A stretch of DNA of 64,000 nt. Origin: Naegleria gruberi (lineage: Eukaryota). The stretch lies in the NCBI GenBank assembly GCA_000004985.1, contig GG738876.1, one strand, 5' to 3'. The translations under genes were made by a program, and so were the position numbers. The notes below the pieces were generated by a model. The model saw only the letters and a program-made list of their open reading frames with translations, did not search any database and had not been told where the DNA came from. Each line of letters begins with the position of its first letter. The first letter of the stretch is position 1. Shown in pieces: positions 45,043 through 55,871 of the stretch.

Positions 45043-46440
45043 ATGGACGGATTGATCGGAAGAGATTTAATCACAATTGAAGTTGAAATGTTGAGAGCCT
45101 TGTATCCAGAGGAAGAAGGTCTTTTAAAAGTTGATAATTACTTGGATTCGGAGGATTATAATGAAGGGAAACCATTGAAACTTTTTATTACAATTTCTCC
45201 AAGTACTGGATTGGACGATGCGACACAATTTGTATCATTGCAAATTTGTTTTAATATTTCAAATCTTGATGAGTATCCATCATGTTTGTTGAAGGAGGTT
45301 AGTTCGAATAGAAAAGGATCGAGTGAGGATCAAAATTATTTTATATCAATTCCTTGGAGAAGAGGTTTATCCGAAGTTCAATGTAATTACATGCTTTCCT
45401 ATTTGTATAAGAAGGCTCAACAATTAATTTCCGAATCAGAGGATTTTTCATGCTCTCCACCTGTTTATAATTTATTAGAGGAAGCGAGAGAATATTTGAA
45501 CAATGAAAATGCAAGACAATTGGAGGTTAGCAGATGTTCTGTTTGTTTGGATGGATTTTCTGGAAGTGAGGCCTTTATCAAATTGCCATGTTATCATATT
45601 TTCCATACCAATTGTTTGAAAACTTGGTTTTATCACAAGTGTAGAGACAGATATGATCGTTATTTGGTATTGATGGATAGAGATGACAGAGGTGTGACAA
45701 GCGGAGGTGAAGAAACACCAACTCAACCAGAAAATGAACCACTTTCAGGCTCTGATTCTCCAATTGTATTTGATGCATCATGGAAAGAAAATATTCTCAA
45801 TCATGATTCTATTTTCACTTGTCCTATTTGTTTGGTCACTATTCCAGTAACAGTTGTGGAGCAACAATTGGAAGTTAAGAAGGATGATATTATCAATCAA
45901 TACAAGAAGGAGAAGAAAAAGGAAGATCTGGAACGAAAGAAGGAACTAAAACGGTTGCTTGCATTGCAAGAGCAACAAAAACCACAACCACCTCCTCAAC
46001 CAAAACCAGTTCCTGTCATCAACAAGGAGATACCAAAGAAAAAGAAGGAACAAAAAGGAGGATGGAATGGTAAATCTGAACTTTATGGCGTGGAAATTGA
46101 GGGTTTAACATATAGTAACAATAGTAACAATATTGGAGTGAAACAAAAGGAAAAGGTATTCACTGATTTGAAGGAAGTAGCCAGAGTGAGAATGACCAAT
46201 ATGGGAACAACAACTGGAAGAGGTCCAAGAAAAATCACCTTACTTGCTGAATTCGTTTCCCTCGAATTAGCAGAAAAATTCCAAAGAGAATTCAACAATA
46301 AGAGTATCTATGATGAAACTGTCACATGTTCCCTTGCTGCCATCCAACCCACAACGGCTAGCATTGAGAAGAGCAAACCAGCTTCAAGTAGCAGCTCGAC
46401 AAGTAATTCGAATGAAAAAACCAAAAACCAAGAAAAATAA
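45043..46440 (+). CDS. RWD-domain RING-H2 E3 ubiquitin ligase (RNF25-like)
   Basis: The track ORF starts at a TTG; the first ATG is at 45043 (MDGLIGRDLITIEVEMLRALYPEE = start of an RWD domain). RING-H2 motif: CSVCLDGFSGSEAFIKLPCYHIFHTNCLKTW...CPICL. A K/E-rich coiled-coil tail follows. Confidence 0.7.
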   Translation: MDGLIGRDLITIEVEMLRALYPEEEGLLKVDNYLDSEDYNEGKPLKLFITISPSTGLDDATQFVSLQICFNISNLDEYPSCLLKEVSSNRKGSSEDQNYFISIPWRRGLSEVQCNYMLSYLYKKAQQLISESEDFSCSPPVYNLLEEAREYLNNENARQLEVSRCSVCLDGFSGSEAFIKLPCYHIFHTNCLKTWFYHKCRDRYDRYLVLMDRDDRGVTSGGEETPTQPENEPLSGSDSPIVFDASWKENILNHDSIFTCPICLVTIPVTVVEQQLEVKKDDIINQYKKEKKKEDLERKKELKRLLALQEQQKPQPPPQPKPVPVINKEIPKKKKEQKGGWNGKSELYGVEIEGLTYSNNSNNIGVKQKEKVFTDLKEVARVRMTNMGTTTGRGPRKITLLAEFVSLELAEKFQREFNNKSIYDETVTCSLAAIQPTTASIEKSKPASSSSSTSNSNEKTKNQEK

Positions 46441-46442
46441 AA

Positions 46443-47281
46443 ATGCTCAACACTTCAATTAGGAATTTATACTTGAATGCAAGAAAATCATCATCAATAT
46501 GTTTATCGATGAATAATAACAATAGATTGATGAAGAAACTCTCATCGGAATGTAAATGTTCCTTTTCGACAAGTATGAACAAATTACAGAGACCTATCAT
46601 TTCAAATCTAAATGCAAATTTACATACTCAACAACAACAACAACAAAATTCAACCTGTATTGTCATTCTCCCACAAACAAATAGAGGAAATTATATTTTA
46701 TTACGTGATGCTAATGGAAATTGTACACTTCCAAAAATTACACTTCCAAATAATTCGGAAATTGATTTACATAGAGAAATTGAAAATTTCTTATTAACTA
46801 GATGTGGACATGGATATGAATTATTGAAAACTGATCCTAAATTTCAAGTGGCTCAAGTGATATCCCCAGTTGTGGATTTTGATTTTACACATGGAAATTT
46901 AAATATTACTCACTATGTCTATCATGCTCAATCTCTGGATCAAACTGTTTCATTAAATGATTTGGATTTGGCAAATGGTGGCAAAAATTCTAAAACTCTT
47001 CACTTTATGTCAATTGTAGATATGGAAAAGGAATTGAATGATCCACAAATTATTAGAGATGTTGTCACAAGATATACTCTTTCGTTTTTAGTTTCTCAAA
47101 AGGTATGTTAAATTTTATATTACTGAAATAATTGTTATTGAAATATTTTGAATGGGACCAATTGAAAACTCTATAGATTAAGGAATCATTTGATATTAAA
47201 TTAGGAACTACCAGAATTATGTTTGCTACTGCTGGTATTCTCGTCAGCATTGTTGTTGGATTTATTGCTGGTCAATTTTAA
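46443..47281 (+). CDS. Hypothetical tail-anchored protein with a presequence-like N-terminus, 2 exons
   Basis: join(46443..47102, 47177..47281). The intron is 47103..47176 (74 nt, GTATGT..CTATAG, phase 0). The C-terminal TM segment is IMFATAGILVSIVVGFIAGQF. The ATG lies only 2 nt after the TAA of the upstream RING gene. Confidence 0.55.
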
Positions 47282-47840
47282 ACAAAATTAATACCCAAAT
47301 AAATTAATCAAAATGAAATGGAATCAATTTTCAACAAAACTGACCTCATTCATTACATTCAACAAAATAAACTCTCTGAAACATTGTAAATAAAACAATG
47401 TAACCAAATAAAGGCTCTGTAACACAGTGACGCCAACTTTCAGGGGGGCGGAAAGTTGGTATCAGCCCAGCGAAAATGTTGAGATTCTTCAAAGTGATTC
47501 CAAGTTGATATATGTTTTTACAATCAATATAGAATGCTAAACTACAATCGCTTCATAACTTATCATAAAATACTTGAATTTTACTATTATTGATTTAAAT
47601 ATTAAATAAATAATCTATTTTAAGAGAAATTAAACAAACTAGTCCATTCTGGGACGAACATAATATATAATAATATTGTATAGATTTTATTGCATTATTA
47701 TATATGTTAATAGATTACTTGTCCTGGAATAATTTGTTTTTATGAGGCAGATGTTGTGAACAAGTAAATTTCTTATTTAAATTTTGAGCCATAAAAATAT
47801 TGACTGATTAGGAAGTTTCAAAAACAATAAATATGGTGAA

Positions 47841-48131
47841 TTAAAAAAATAGCTATCCTCAAATCATTTTAAATTGTATTTACTCCAATATTTGAAGATA
47901 TGAAACATTTTAACCTTTCTTTCGTGGTAGCTGCGTAATTTTAAAAATCAGTGTTTTTCGCTTGGTTGTTACTTTACTATTTTGAGGTTGATAACCAACA
48001 TTCGTTCTTGAGATATGAGCAAAAACAAAAAAATAGCTATTCTCAAATCGTTCTAAATCTTGTTTACTGTTAAAAAAGACGATTTAATTTAAATAATTCT
48101 ACCATTTCGTGGTAGCTGATTACAAAGTTTA
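47841..48131. repeat. Two copies of a ~100-bp intergenic direct repeat, 182 bp apart
   Basis: AAAAATAGCTAT(C/T)CTCAAATC(A/G)TT(T/C)TAAAT..TGT(A)TTTACT and ..TTTCGTGGTAGCTG..TT occur at 47848-47945 and again at 48030-48131. Confidence 0.6.
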
Positions 48132-48352
48132 ATAGTGTATGAATTCATTGAGTTACTTTTCTTGCTGAAAAAAATGTCAAACTCAAAAATAAACTACAGA
48201 TTACAAAATATTTGTTTATTGTTCATTTTTTCCTTTACTCAACATTTTTCTTCACTTTCTGCCCCCCTGCCAACTTTTGAGACAATTCTGAAAATGATCA
48301 TCAAAATAAAATTGAAAAAACTATTTTTAAAAAATCTTTAAACTTTTAAAAA

Positions 48353-49287
48353 ATGTCCAAGGATTTTAGTATTGTCAAATTTAAGAAGGGCGAGGCAACC
48401 TTTGAAGTGTTGGTTAAGCCAAATACAGTGATTGCTCATCGTGAGGGAAAGATGGGAGTTGATGATGTTATTTATACTGATGAAATTTTCTCCAATTATG
48501 CCAAAGGTGATAAAGTTAAAGATGAATCATTAAAGGCTGTTTTCGGAACAACAAATGTTAAAGAAGTTATTACCAAGATTATTGCTGATGGTGAATATCA
48601 CATGTCTACTCAAGAACGTAAAGAAAAAGTTGATCAAAAGAGAAAGCAAATGATGTAAGTAGTAGTTTAAAATTATAATATGAATTTTAATGATGAATTT
48701 TCATAATAGTTACTTTATCCATCAAAATTACATTGATCCAAAGACTAATATTTGCCATCCTCTCACCCGTATTGAAAGTGCTTTGGATTCTGTCAAATAT
48801 GTAGGTTTTTATTGACCAGACTGTGATGATTTTAATATTTGATTTTAATATAGAATATTGATCCATTCATGCCAGCTGATAAACAAGTTGCTTCCATTCA
48901 CAGCAAGTTGGTTGAAAAGATTCCATTGAAAAAGTCACAAATTGAAGCTGAAATTGACGTCAAGCATCACGTTGCTGGTCAAGGTATGTTTTTATAATGA
49001 GAATGATAATAACAATTCAATTACATAATGAATTACAATATTAATTGAATCTATCAGCTCTTGGAACTTGTCACAAACATGCCAAAGTCGTTGGCCAAAA
49101 CTATACTGATACCGGTTGTACTATTAGTATTGAAATTTGTCCAGGTGAATATGACAAGCTTATTAATGAATTGAACTCATCCACAAAGGGAGATTTCCAA
49201 TTCAGAATTGCTGGTGCCTCAGCTAGTGTTGAAGCTTCCGAATCAAGTGATTCTGGTAAGAAGAAGAAGGGTGGTAAGAAGAAGTAA
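48353..49287 (+). CDS. SBDS: SBDS / Sdo1 ribosome maturation factor, 4 exons
   Basis: join(48353..48654, 48710..48800, 48854..48983, 49058..49287). The introns are 55, 53 and 74 nt, all GT..AG with phase conserved. There is an N-terminal FYSH domain (MSKDFSIVKFKKGEATFEVLVKPNTVIAHREGK...). The central and C-terminal domains align with SBDS (..NIDPFMPADKQVASIHSKLVEKIPLKK..). Confidence 0.85.
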
Positions 49288-49842
49288 ACCGAATCGATCA
49301 AAACCCCAATCCTTACTACCTTCAAAAATTGAAATAATCACAAATTACTTATTGAGATTATTTAATGATACCAAAATTATTACATTACATTGAATAAATT
49401 TGGTATCATTACGATACACTATTTACATTATTAAAAAGTTTTTTATTGATATCACTAAGGTTGTTTCCTTCTTGATATGTGTCAAAGTTGGAGTCAAGTC
49501 CTCTTTAACTCGTAGCATTGTGGTGGCCTTCCAATTTCATAAGATGATAAATATAAGGAATTTCTTTGGTTGACTTTGTACTCTTGTGTTCACACTACCG
49601 AATTTAATTCAAATTAGTTGTGCATTGGAAAAATTGCCAGTTGTACAATTTCTGAGAAACTCCCAAACACCCTTGTTTGGCGAGATGAAAACTGTTCAAG
49701 CACAGGCTACACAACCAAACTCCAAAACTTACATTTTCGATCATGTTCTTCTCTGTTCTCCGTTTACAATCTCAAAAACTACAACAACAAATGGAAATAA
49801 ATTTAAGGTGTGTGCATAACCAAATTGACTATACGAAAAAAA

Positions 49843-50820
49843 ATGATTTCAAAGGTGGCAATTCTTGCCTTGCTTTTTGCATGTTGCATGTTGATGATTG
49901 CTTTTACTCAAGCAACATCACCTGCTGGTTTGAGATACAGATATGTTGAAAATTTGAAGGAGGAAGAATTGGCTGATGAAGTTTTTGATCTTCTTGCTGA
50001 TAAGCTTGCTCATGTAGTTTCATCTAGTCAATCTCGTACTGGTTCTTACAATCCTGATACCAAGTCTCATGGAAAGGCTTTTGTTGTTACTCCAGGCATG
50101 AAAGGTGGAAACTATAGAACTCATTCTGATAAAGCATTTGTCATGACATCTGGCATGAGAGGTGGAAATTACAGAACAAACTCTGATATTAAAGCCTTTG
50201 TTATGACTCCAGGCATGAGAGGTGGAAATTACAGAACCAGTTCTGACAAGGCATTTGTCATGACATCTGGCATGAGAGGAGGTAACTATAGAACAAACTC
50301 TGATATTAAAGCCTTTGTTATGACACCAGGTATGAGAGGTGGAAATTACAGAACAAACTCTGATATTAAAGCATTCGTCATGACACCAGGTATGAGAGGT
50401 GGAAATTACAGAACCAGTTCTGATAAGGCATTCGTCATTACATCAGGAATGAGAGGAGGTAACTATAGAACAAATTCTGATATTAAAGCCTTTGTTATGA
50501 CACCAGGTATGAGAGGCGGAAATTACAGAACCAGTTCTGACAAGGCATTCGTCATGACATCTGGCATGAGAGGTGGAAATTACAGAACAAACTCTGATAT
50601 CAAAGCCTTTGTTATGACACCAGGTATGAGAGGAGGTAACTATAGAACCAGTGCTGATAAGGCATTCGTCATGACTTCTGGTATGAGAGGTGGAAACTAT
50701 AGAACTAATTCTGATAAGGTTGCTTATGAAGTAACTCCTGGAATGAGAGGTACAATTGGTCACACTACCTATAATCCAGGTACAGTTAACCATGGAAAGG
50801 CCTATGTTGTTAGAAAATAA
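49843..50820 (+). CDS. Secreted tandem-repeat protein: signal peptide plus 12 alternating 19/20-aa repeats KAFVMT[PS]GMRGGNYRT[NS]SD(I)
   Basis: The track ORF begins at a GTG; the first ATG is at 49843 and is followed by a signal peptide (MISKVAILALLFACCMLMIAFTQA). The DNA repeat unit is 57/60 bp over 50080-50760 with over 90% identity between units. The flanking units are degenerate (HGKAFVVTPGMKGG.. / HGKAYVVRK). Confidence 0.75.
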   Translation: MISKVAILALLFACCMLMIAFTQATSPAGLRYRYVENLKEEELADEVFDLLADKLAHVVSSSQSRTGSYNPDTKSHGKAFVVTPGMKGGNYRTHSDKAFVMTSGMRGGNYRTNSDIKAFVMTPGMRGGNYRTSSDKAFVMTSGMRGGNYRTNSDIKAFVMTPGMRGGNYRTNSDIKAFVMTPGMRGGNYRTSSDKAFVITSGMRGGNYRTNSDIKAFVMTPGMRGGNYRTSSDKAFVMTSGMRGGNYRTNSDIKAFVMTPGMRGGNYRTSADKAFVMTSGMRGGNYRTNSDKVAYEVTPGMRGTIGHTTYNPGTVNHGKAYVVRK

Positions 50821-51006
50821 ACATCATTACAATTCCACACAACAAACAACCCAAATATTACATTGGCAAAGAACATAAATGGTAATTAGTTGAGTTCATT
50901 CAATTATCAACAATCACGTAGCATTTATCTAAGATTATTCAATACTACTATTGGAGTCATTCATGTGGATATTTACATTATTTACATAATATCTATGGAA
51001 TTCATT

Positions 51007-52235
51007 TTAGAAATGGACAACCTTACAATGCACAAGCTCTGAAACAGAAGGACAATATGGGCACTTGAACTTTGGAGCGCTTCTTGTGGTGGAGAGGATT
51101 TTCTTTACAGAAGATTCTGCTAGCACATGATTGCAAGGAAGCAATAGTGGAGGATTTTCTGGAGTGGTTTGTTCTTTTGTAACTGGACATGAAAATATAG
51201 AATGATATTGGAATTCGTCATCCAAATCAATCTCAATAGCTAATTGTTCTGAAGATGTCCTTAAATCCATTCCTTGTGTCACACTAGCCAATTTGATCAA
51301 TGTAGGCACAGCTTGATAACCTGCAGTAATGGAAACATAAAGAGGAGATTCCATAGCTTGGTTGATTCTTCTACATCCAATTTTCTTAAATAATCGAAGT
51401 ACTTCAGTCCACAGTGATTCATCAAGTAAAGGTCTATATCTTTCAGATTTGAGTAACTTGTCTCTTCCAGAGTAAAGAATGCTTCCCATTAAATATTTAA
51501 TTTCCTCAATATTTTGATCGGAGAAGGATTGTAAATTATCTCTAGCATATTGAATAGCCTTCTTGGAATCATTCTGTACCAGTAATTCAACATATTGAAG
51601 CTTGTGCAATTGAAATGCTAACATCCTCAAATCTCTAAATTCTTTTTCATCAACTTTATCATGATTCCGAGCCTTTTCAATGTGACAATTACACCATTCA
51701 AGGGCTCTACTAATTTCCTTTCTTTTAAGAGATTGACTAATGGCATTCAATTCTCTAAATTGTTCCTTAAAATCATTAGAGACTGTAACACCAGCCTCCT
51801 TTTCGAATAATTCTCCAACATCTGTATTTCCTTCTCTGAAAAAGTGTTCAGCAATAATTTGATTGATTATATCCTCAGAGAGTTTCACCTTGTCTTGAAT
51901 AATCTTCTCCTGATCGGGAGGGAATTTTTCATTAATTGTTTTTCCAAATTTCGAAAGTTGTGAATGAAACTCTTTATGAGCCTGTTGAAATTTAGTATGA
52001 GTGTTTTTAATATGAGTAATAACATCCTTTCCAATATCTTTTATGCTCTTTCCTAAAGAGTTTCAATTTTTGAAACACATTATTTAAATAACTAACCTTC
52101 ATTTTGTATTTGATTTTTACAACTCTCAACATATTCAATTAAATTATCAATCTCCGATGTGAGAATATTAATGGTGGTTTTTTGCTTTTTGGAGGCTCTT
52201 TCATAATTTTCCACCAAATCTGAATCAGTTTGCAT
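51007..52235 (-). CDS. MAEA: MAEA/Fyv10(Gid9)-like CTLH-complex RING subunit (LisH-CTLH-CRA-RING-Gid)
   Basis: join(52235..52097, 52052..51007). The intron is 52053..52096 (44 nt, GTTAGT..CTTTAG, phase 1). The C-terminal degenerate RING reads ...FSCPVTKEQTTPENPPLLLPCNHVLAESSVKKIL...KFKCPYCP, matching MAEA's ...KLKCPYCP. LisH/CTLH helices lie upstream. Confidence 0.75.
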
Positions 52236-52679
52236 AATGTTATTTTTTATTGTTTTAAAAATAAAATTATTGATGATTGTAAACTTTCAGTAAGATATAA
52301 GATTAATCTCTGAGCAATGGGTAATCTATGTTGCTATTAGGATTTAAATTTATTAGTATTTGAATCACAATTTTAAAAATTAGAAACAAATTGAATCTTT
52401 TCCGATACCTCAATCAAACTCCTTCTTTTGCCTTACGATATATAACAATTCCATCAAGATGAAGCATAATTCCTCCTTCATTTTGTACGCACAATCAAAA
52501 ACTCACATTTACCTCACTAATAAAATTCGTGTTCGTCTATCATTGCAAGGACGATCTTAATAGAACGCGGACCTTTCTTCAACTCTTAGATGATAAAAAT
52601 AGCTCGCAACAAATATTTTATCAGAATCATTTAAGAACGGAAACGCGAGAAATTATTTTTTTCAATTCAATCAAAAAAA

Positions 52680-53702
52680 ATGTTTAGAAACTTCCGTCGT
52701 TATGCCTCATCATCATCGGCATCATTTAATGCTCGTTTAAATCCAGCTGGTCACAAAATGTTGAATAATAGTGTCAGAACCTTCTCTGGTACTGCTTCCA
52801 GCTCTACTTTTTCTCCGCTTGTTAAAACTCTTGTTACTGGTGGTTTATTGATTGGTACTGGTTACCTTCTCAACAAGACTATGAATGAACCTACACAAGC
52901 TATCGGAAGATATGGTAATACATCAGAATTGGCCCAACAAAGACTTGTTCAACCAGACATGGCTAGAACTGGTTTGAATCCAATTGTTCAACAATACATG
53001 AGTGGTACTTACAAATATGTTGCCTTGAACGTTGCTCTTACAACTCTCTTTGCTGTTGGTGCTTACAAATCTGGCTTAGTTTTTAGAATTTTGAATATGA
53101 ATCCATGGATGCATTTGCTCGTCTTTGGTGGTGGTATGATTGGAACAAACATGATCACTAGATCTCTCGATATTAATACTAATAGTGCATTGAAGCATAC
53201 CATGTTGACTGCCTTCAACGGAATTGTTGGTTTGTCACTCTGTTATGTTGGTTTAATGTATAGACCAGAAATTATCATGAGAGCTGCTCTCTACACTGCT
53301 GGTATCTTTGGTGCCTTGTCCTATGTTGCTATCAATGCTGAACAAGACAAGTTCCTTTCTATGGGTGGTCCATTGTTGGCTGGTTTGGCTGTTGTCTTCT
53401 TGTCAAGCTTGGCTCCATTGGTTCTCCCAGCCACAATGACTAGAACTTTGCAAGCTACTGAAGCTATTGCTCTCTATGGTGGTTTGTTGTTGTTCGGTAT
53501 GTTCATCTTGTACGAAACCCAAAAGGTCAGAATGAAGGGTGAAAATTATAAGAATTATGTTGAATCTGAAACCATGAGAGGTACTCCAAACCACATGATC
53601 CAAAAGCCAGATTACATCAACTCTTCAATTTCTCTCTACATGGATATGGTCAACATTTTCGTTCGTTTGCTCTACATTCTCGGTGGTAACAATAGAAAGT
53701 AA
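52680..53702 (+). CDS. TMBIM5/GHITM-like mitochondrial Bax-inhibitor-family membrane protein
   Basis: 340 aa with a presequence-like N-terminus (MFRNFRRYASSSSASFNARL), 7 TM helices and the BI-1 family C-terminal motif ...LYMDMVNIFVRLLYILGG. Confidence 0.7.
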   Translation: MFRNFRRYASSSSASFNARLNPAGHKMLNNSVRTFSGTASSSTFSPLVKTLVTGGLLIGTGYLLNKTMNEPTQAIGRYGNTSELAQQRLVQPDMARTGLNPIVQQYMSGTYKYVALNVALTTLFAVGAYKSGLVFRILNMNPWMHLLVFGGGMIGTNMITRSLDINTNSALKHTMLTAFNGIVGLSLCYVGLMYRPEIIMRAALYTAGIFGALSYVAINAEQDKFLSMGGPLLAGLAVVFLSSLAPLVLPATMTRTLQATEAIALYGGLLLFGMFILYETQKVRMKGENYKNYVESETMRGTPNHMIQKPDYINSSISLYMDMVNIFVRLLYILGGNNRK

Positions 53703-53879
53703 ATGCCAGAAATCAAATGTTAATAATGAATCGATCAATCATAAATGGAATGGGTAATTGGAAAGAAAAACAGCTTTCAAATCCAAGAATTATCATGACA
53801 ATAAAATAATAACTAAAATGTAAATATTAAATTAAATTGTTAATTATTTCACTTGTTTGGCACTGACACAATAAAAAGT

Positions 53880-53953
53880 TACGCCGTAAGGGAGTCGAAC
53901 CCTTGACCTTCAGCGTGTAAAGCTGACGATCTAACCAACTGATCTAACGGCGC
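53880..53953 (-). tRNA. tRNA-Val (anticodon TAC)
   Basis: The reverse complement folds as a 74-nt cloverleaf: acceptor GCGCCGT/ACGGCGT (1 G-U), D-loop AGTTGGTTAG, anticodon stem TCAGC/GCTGA with loop TTTACAC, T-arm AAGGG-TTCGACT-CCCTT. There is a T-run immediately 3' on the minus strand. Confidence 0.85.
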
Positions 53954-54295
53954 TTGCATGTTAATTTACAAAAATATCCTGTTGCCACTATTCAAATCCA
54001 CTCCTTTGTCAAGCCAACATCTCTAGATATGGTACAAATCTATTTTAAAAAAAGATTTTGAATAAGAGTTCTTTGTGATTGAGTTTTTCGGTTTGAAAAC
54101 ATCATCAACATACCACAGCAACGTTTGAATTTTAAATAATCCATACACATTCAAACTCTTCCATTGTTTTCAATCAAACAATTCATAAGATTAACCACAA
54201 TCCAATTATCATCTGTATATTTAATATTGAAAAGTAAATAATAACTAACAAAGAACAATAACAACACTCTTATTAAAGAAGAACTAGATTAGAAA

Positions 54296-54741
54296 ATGGG
54301 AAGACTCTTCTTAAGATATCTCGATGGACCATCGGTTTATGTTTGTTCCAATTGTAATTCTCACCTCTGCATGAATGATGAAATCATTTCCAAGCATTTC
54401 CATGGACGTTATGGAAAAGCCTACTTGTTTAACAAGGCGTAGGTATTATGAATTATTCTCATATTTCAATTCTTTTCAATTTACTGTTTCAATTAACTGA
54501 TCATTTTAATATTTCAATATTAATATAATGATAATATTCGGAATATAGAGTGAATGTTTCTAATGGACCATTGGAAGAGAGACAATTAATGACTGGTTTA
54601 CATGTTGTCTGTGATGTGTACTGTGTAAATTGCAAGTCAAATGTTGGATGGAAATATAAAGAAGCATATGCCACAACTGAACAGTACAAGGTTGGAAAAT
54701 TTTGCTTGGAAATGACTAAATTGAAAAAGGAAACTATGTAA
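54296..54741 (+). CDS. Yippee-like zinc-binding protein, 2 exons
   Basis: join(54296..54438, 54549..54741). The intron is 54439..54548 (110 nt, GTAGGT..ATATAG, phase 2). MGRLFLRYLDGPSVYVCSNCNSHLC...CVNCKSNVGWKY gives the two CxxC pairs of the Yippee/Mis18 fold. Confidence 0.85.
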
Positions 54742-54919
54742 ATTATTTAATCCTGTGTGGATCTGGATTTCAATGCAGATTTCCTACTTTGTAAAATTAC
54801 CTTGTAAATAATTGTAAATAATGCAATCTGATATTTTTATTGGAAATGGAAACTTTTGAATTGAAGAATTGTTCAAATTCTATCATGTTTGACTGAATTG
54901 GCTAAACATGTGACATGGA

Positions 54920-55816
54920 ATGGTTGATAATAAACTAAAATTTCTTTGGTTATTGCACTTCTTTCACAATAAAAATATGGTCAGAGTAAAGAACAATTCC
55001 CCAGCAGCTGCTGTGCCCATTGTTCAAGAACCAGCTGAAGAGGAGAAAGTCTATTCGATAGGATTAGTTGGAGATGCAGGTGTGGGTATGTTTGAGAGTT
55101 GAACTTTTTATTAATAAATATTAGGGAAAGCTAGCTTGTGTGTTGAGTTTACAAAATCAAAGAAAGTGAGAGGTATGTTCTTTCAGTTTCCAATATTTCA
55201 ATTTTCCTTCCTTGAACAGTTTCAAGACCATCAGCTTACGATCCAACAGATGAATCTCGATTCTATCAAACCATTTCAATTGACAACTCAAATGTAACAG
55301 TTCAATTAATAAGCACATCAGGTCAAGAACTCATGAATGCAGTCGAGGATATTTACTTTAAGAAATGTTTGGGTTTCCTGCTCATCTTTTCTCTAGATAA
55401 CAGAAATTCTTTCATCAGTGCCACAACCAGACACTATGAAAAGATATTGAGAATGAAGGATTGTGTGCAGTCGGAGGATATTCCACATAATATTCCAATG
55501 ATACTTGTGGGAAATAAGGTGCGTATTTTATTCAAGAATTTTATCAATGAATTACATAATATTTGAAAATTAGAATGATCTCGATCTGTCTAAGGTACAA
55601 GTCAGCAATCAAGAAATTGAACAATTTTGTCAGAAAACATTTATCAAATATGTTGCCACTTCAACAGTAACTAATGAGAATATCTATGATTCGTTTGAAA
55701 TGATTGTAAGGCAAGTGGTTGAATGTGATTACATTGAAAGTATGAAGAAAATATTAGAAAGTAATCAAGAAAAGGAAAAAAAGACGAAAAAGAAACCTAG
55801 ATGTATTATATTATAA
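54920..55816 (+). CDS. Divergent Ras-superfamily small GTPase with a CaaX box (CIIL), 4 exons
   Basis: join(54920..55085, 55125..55172, 55220..55518, 55574..55816). The introns are 39, 47 and 55 nt. The P-loop reads GDAGVGGKAS, which has an extra Gly and GKA instead of GK[ST]. Switch II is STSGQE rather than DTAGQE. NKND (NKxD) and a C-terminal CIIL geranylgeranylation box are present. The true start may be the internal ATG at ~54977, because the first 19 residues are odd. Confidence 0.65.
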
Positions 55817-55871
55817 ATTAGGTGCTTAGATTTAATAAATTCCACAATTACTCATCATGGTATTTACACAA

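Noticed and set aside
50080-50760. Regular 57/60-bp DNA repeats that could resemble a CRISPR array
   Set aside because: The units are contiguous coding repeats in frame within a signal-peptide-bearing eukaryotic ORF. There are no unique spacers and no cas genes. The genome is eukaryotic.
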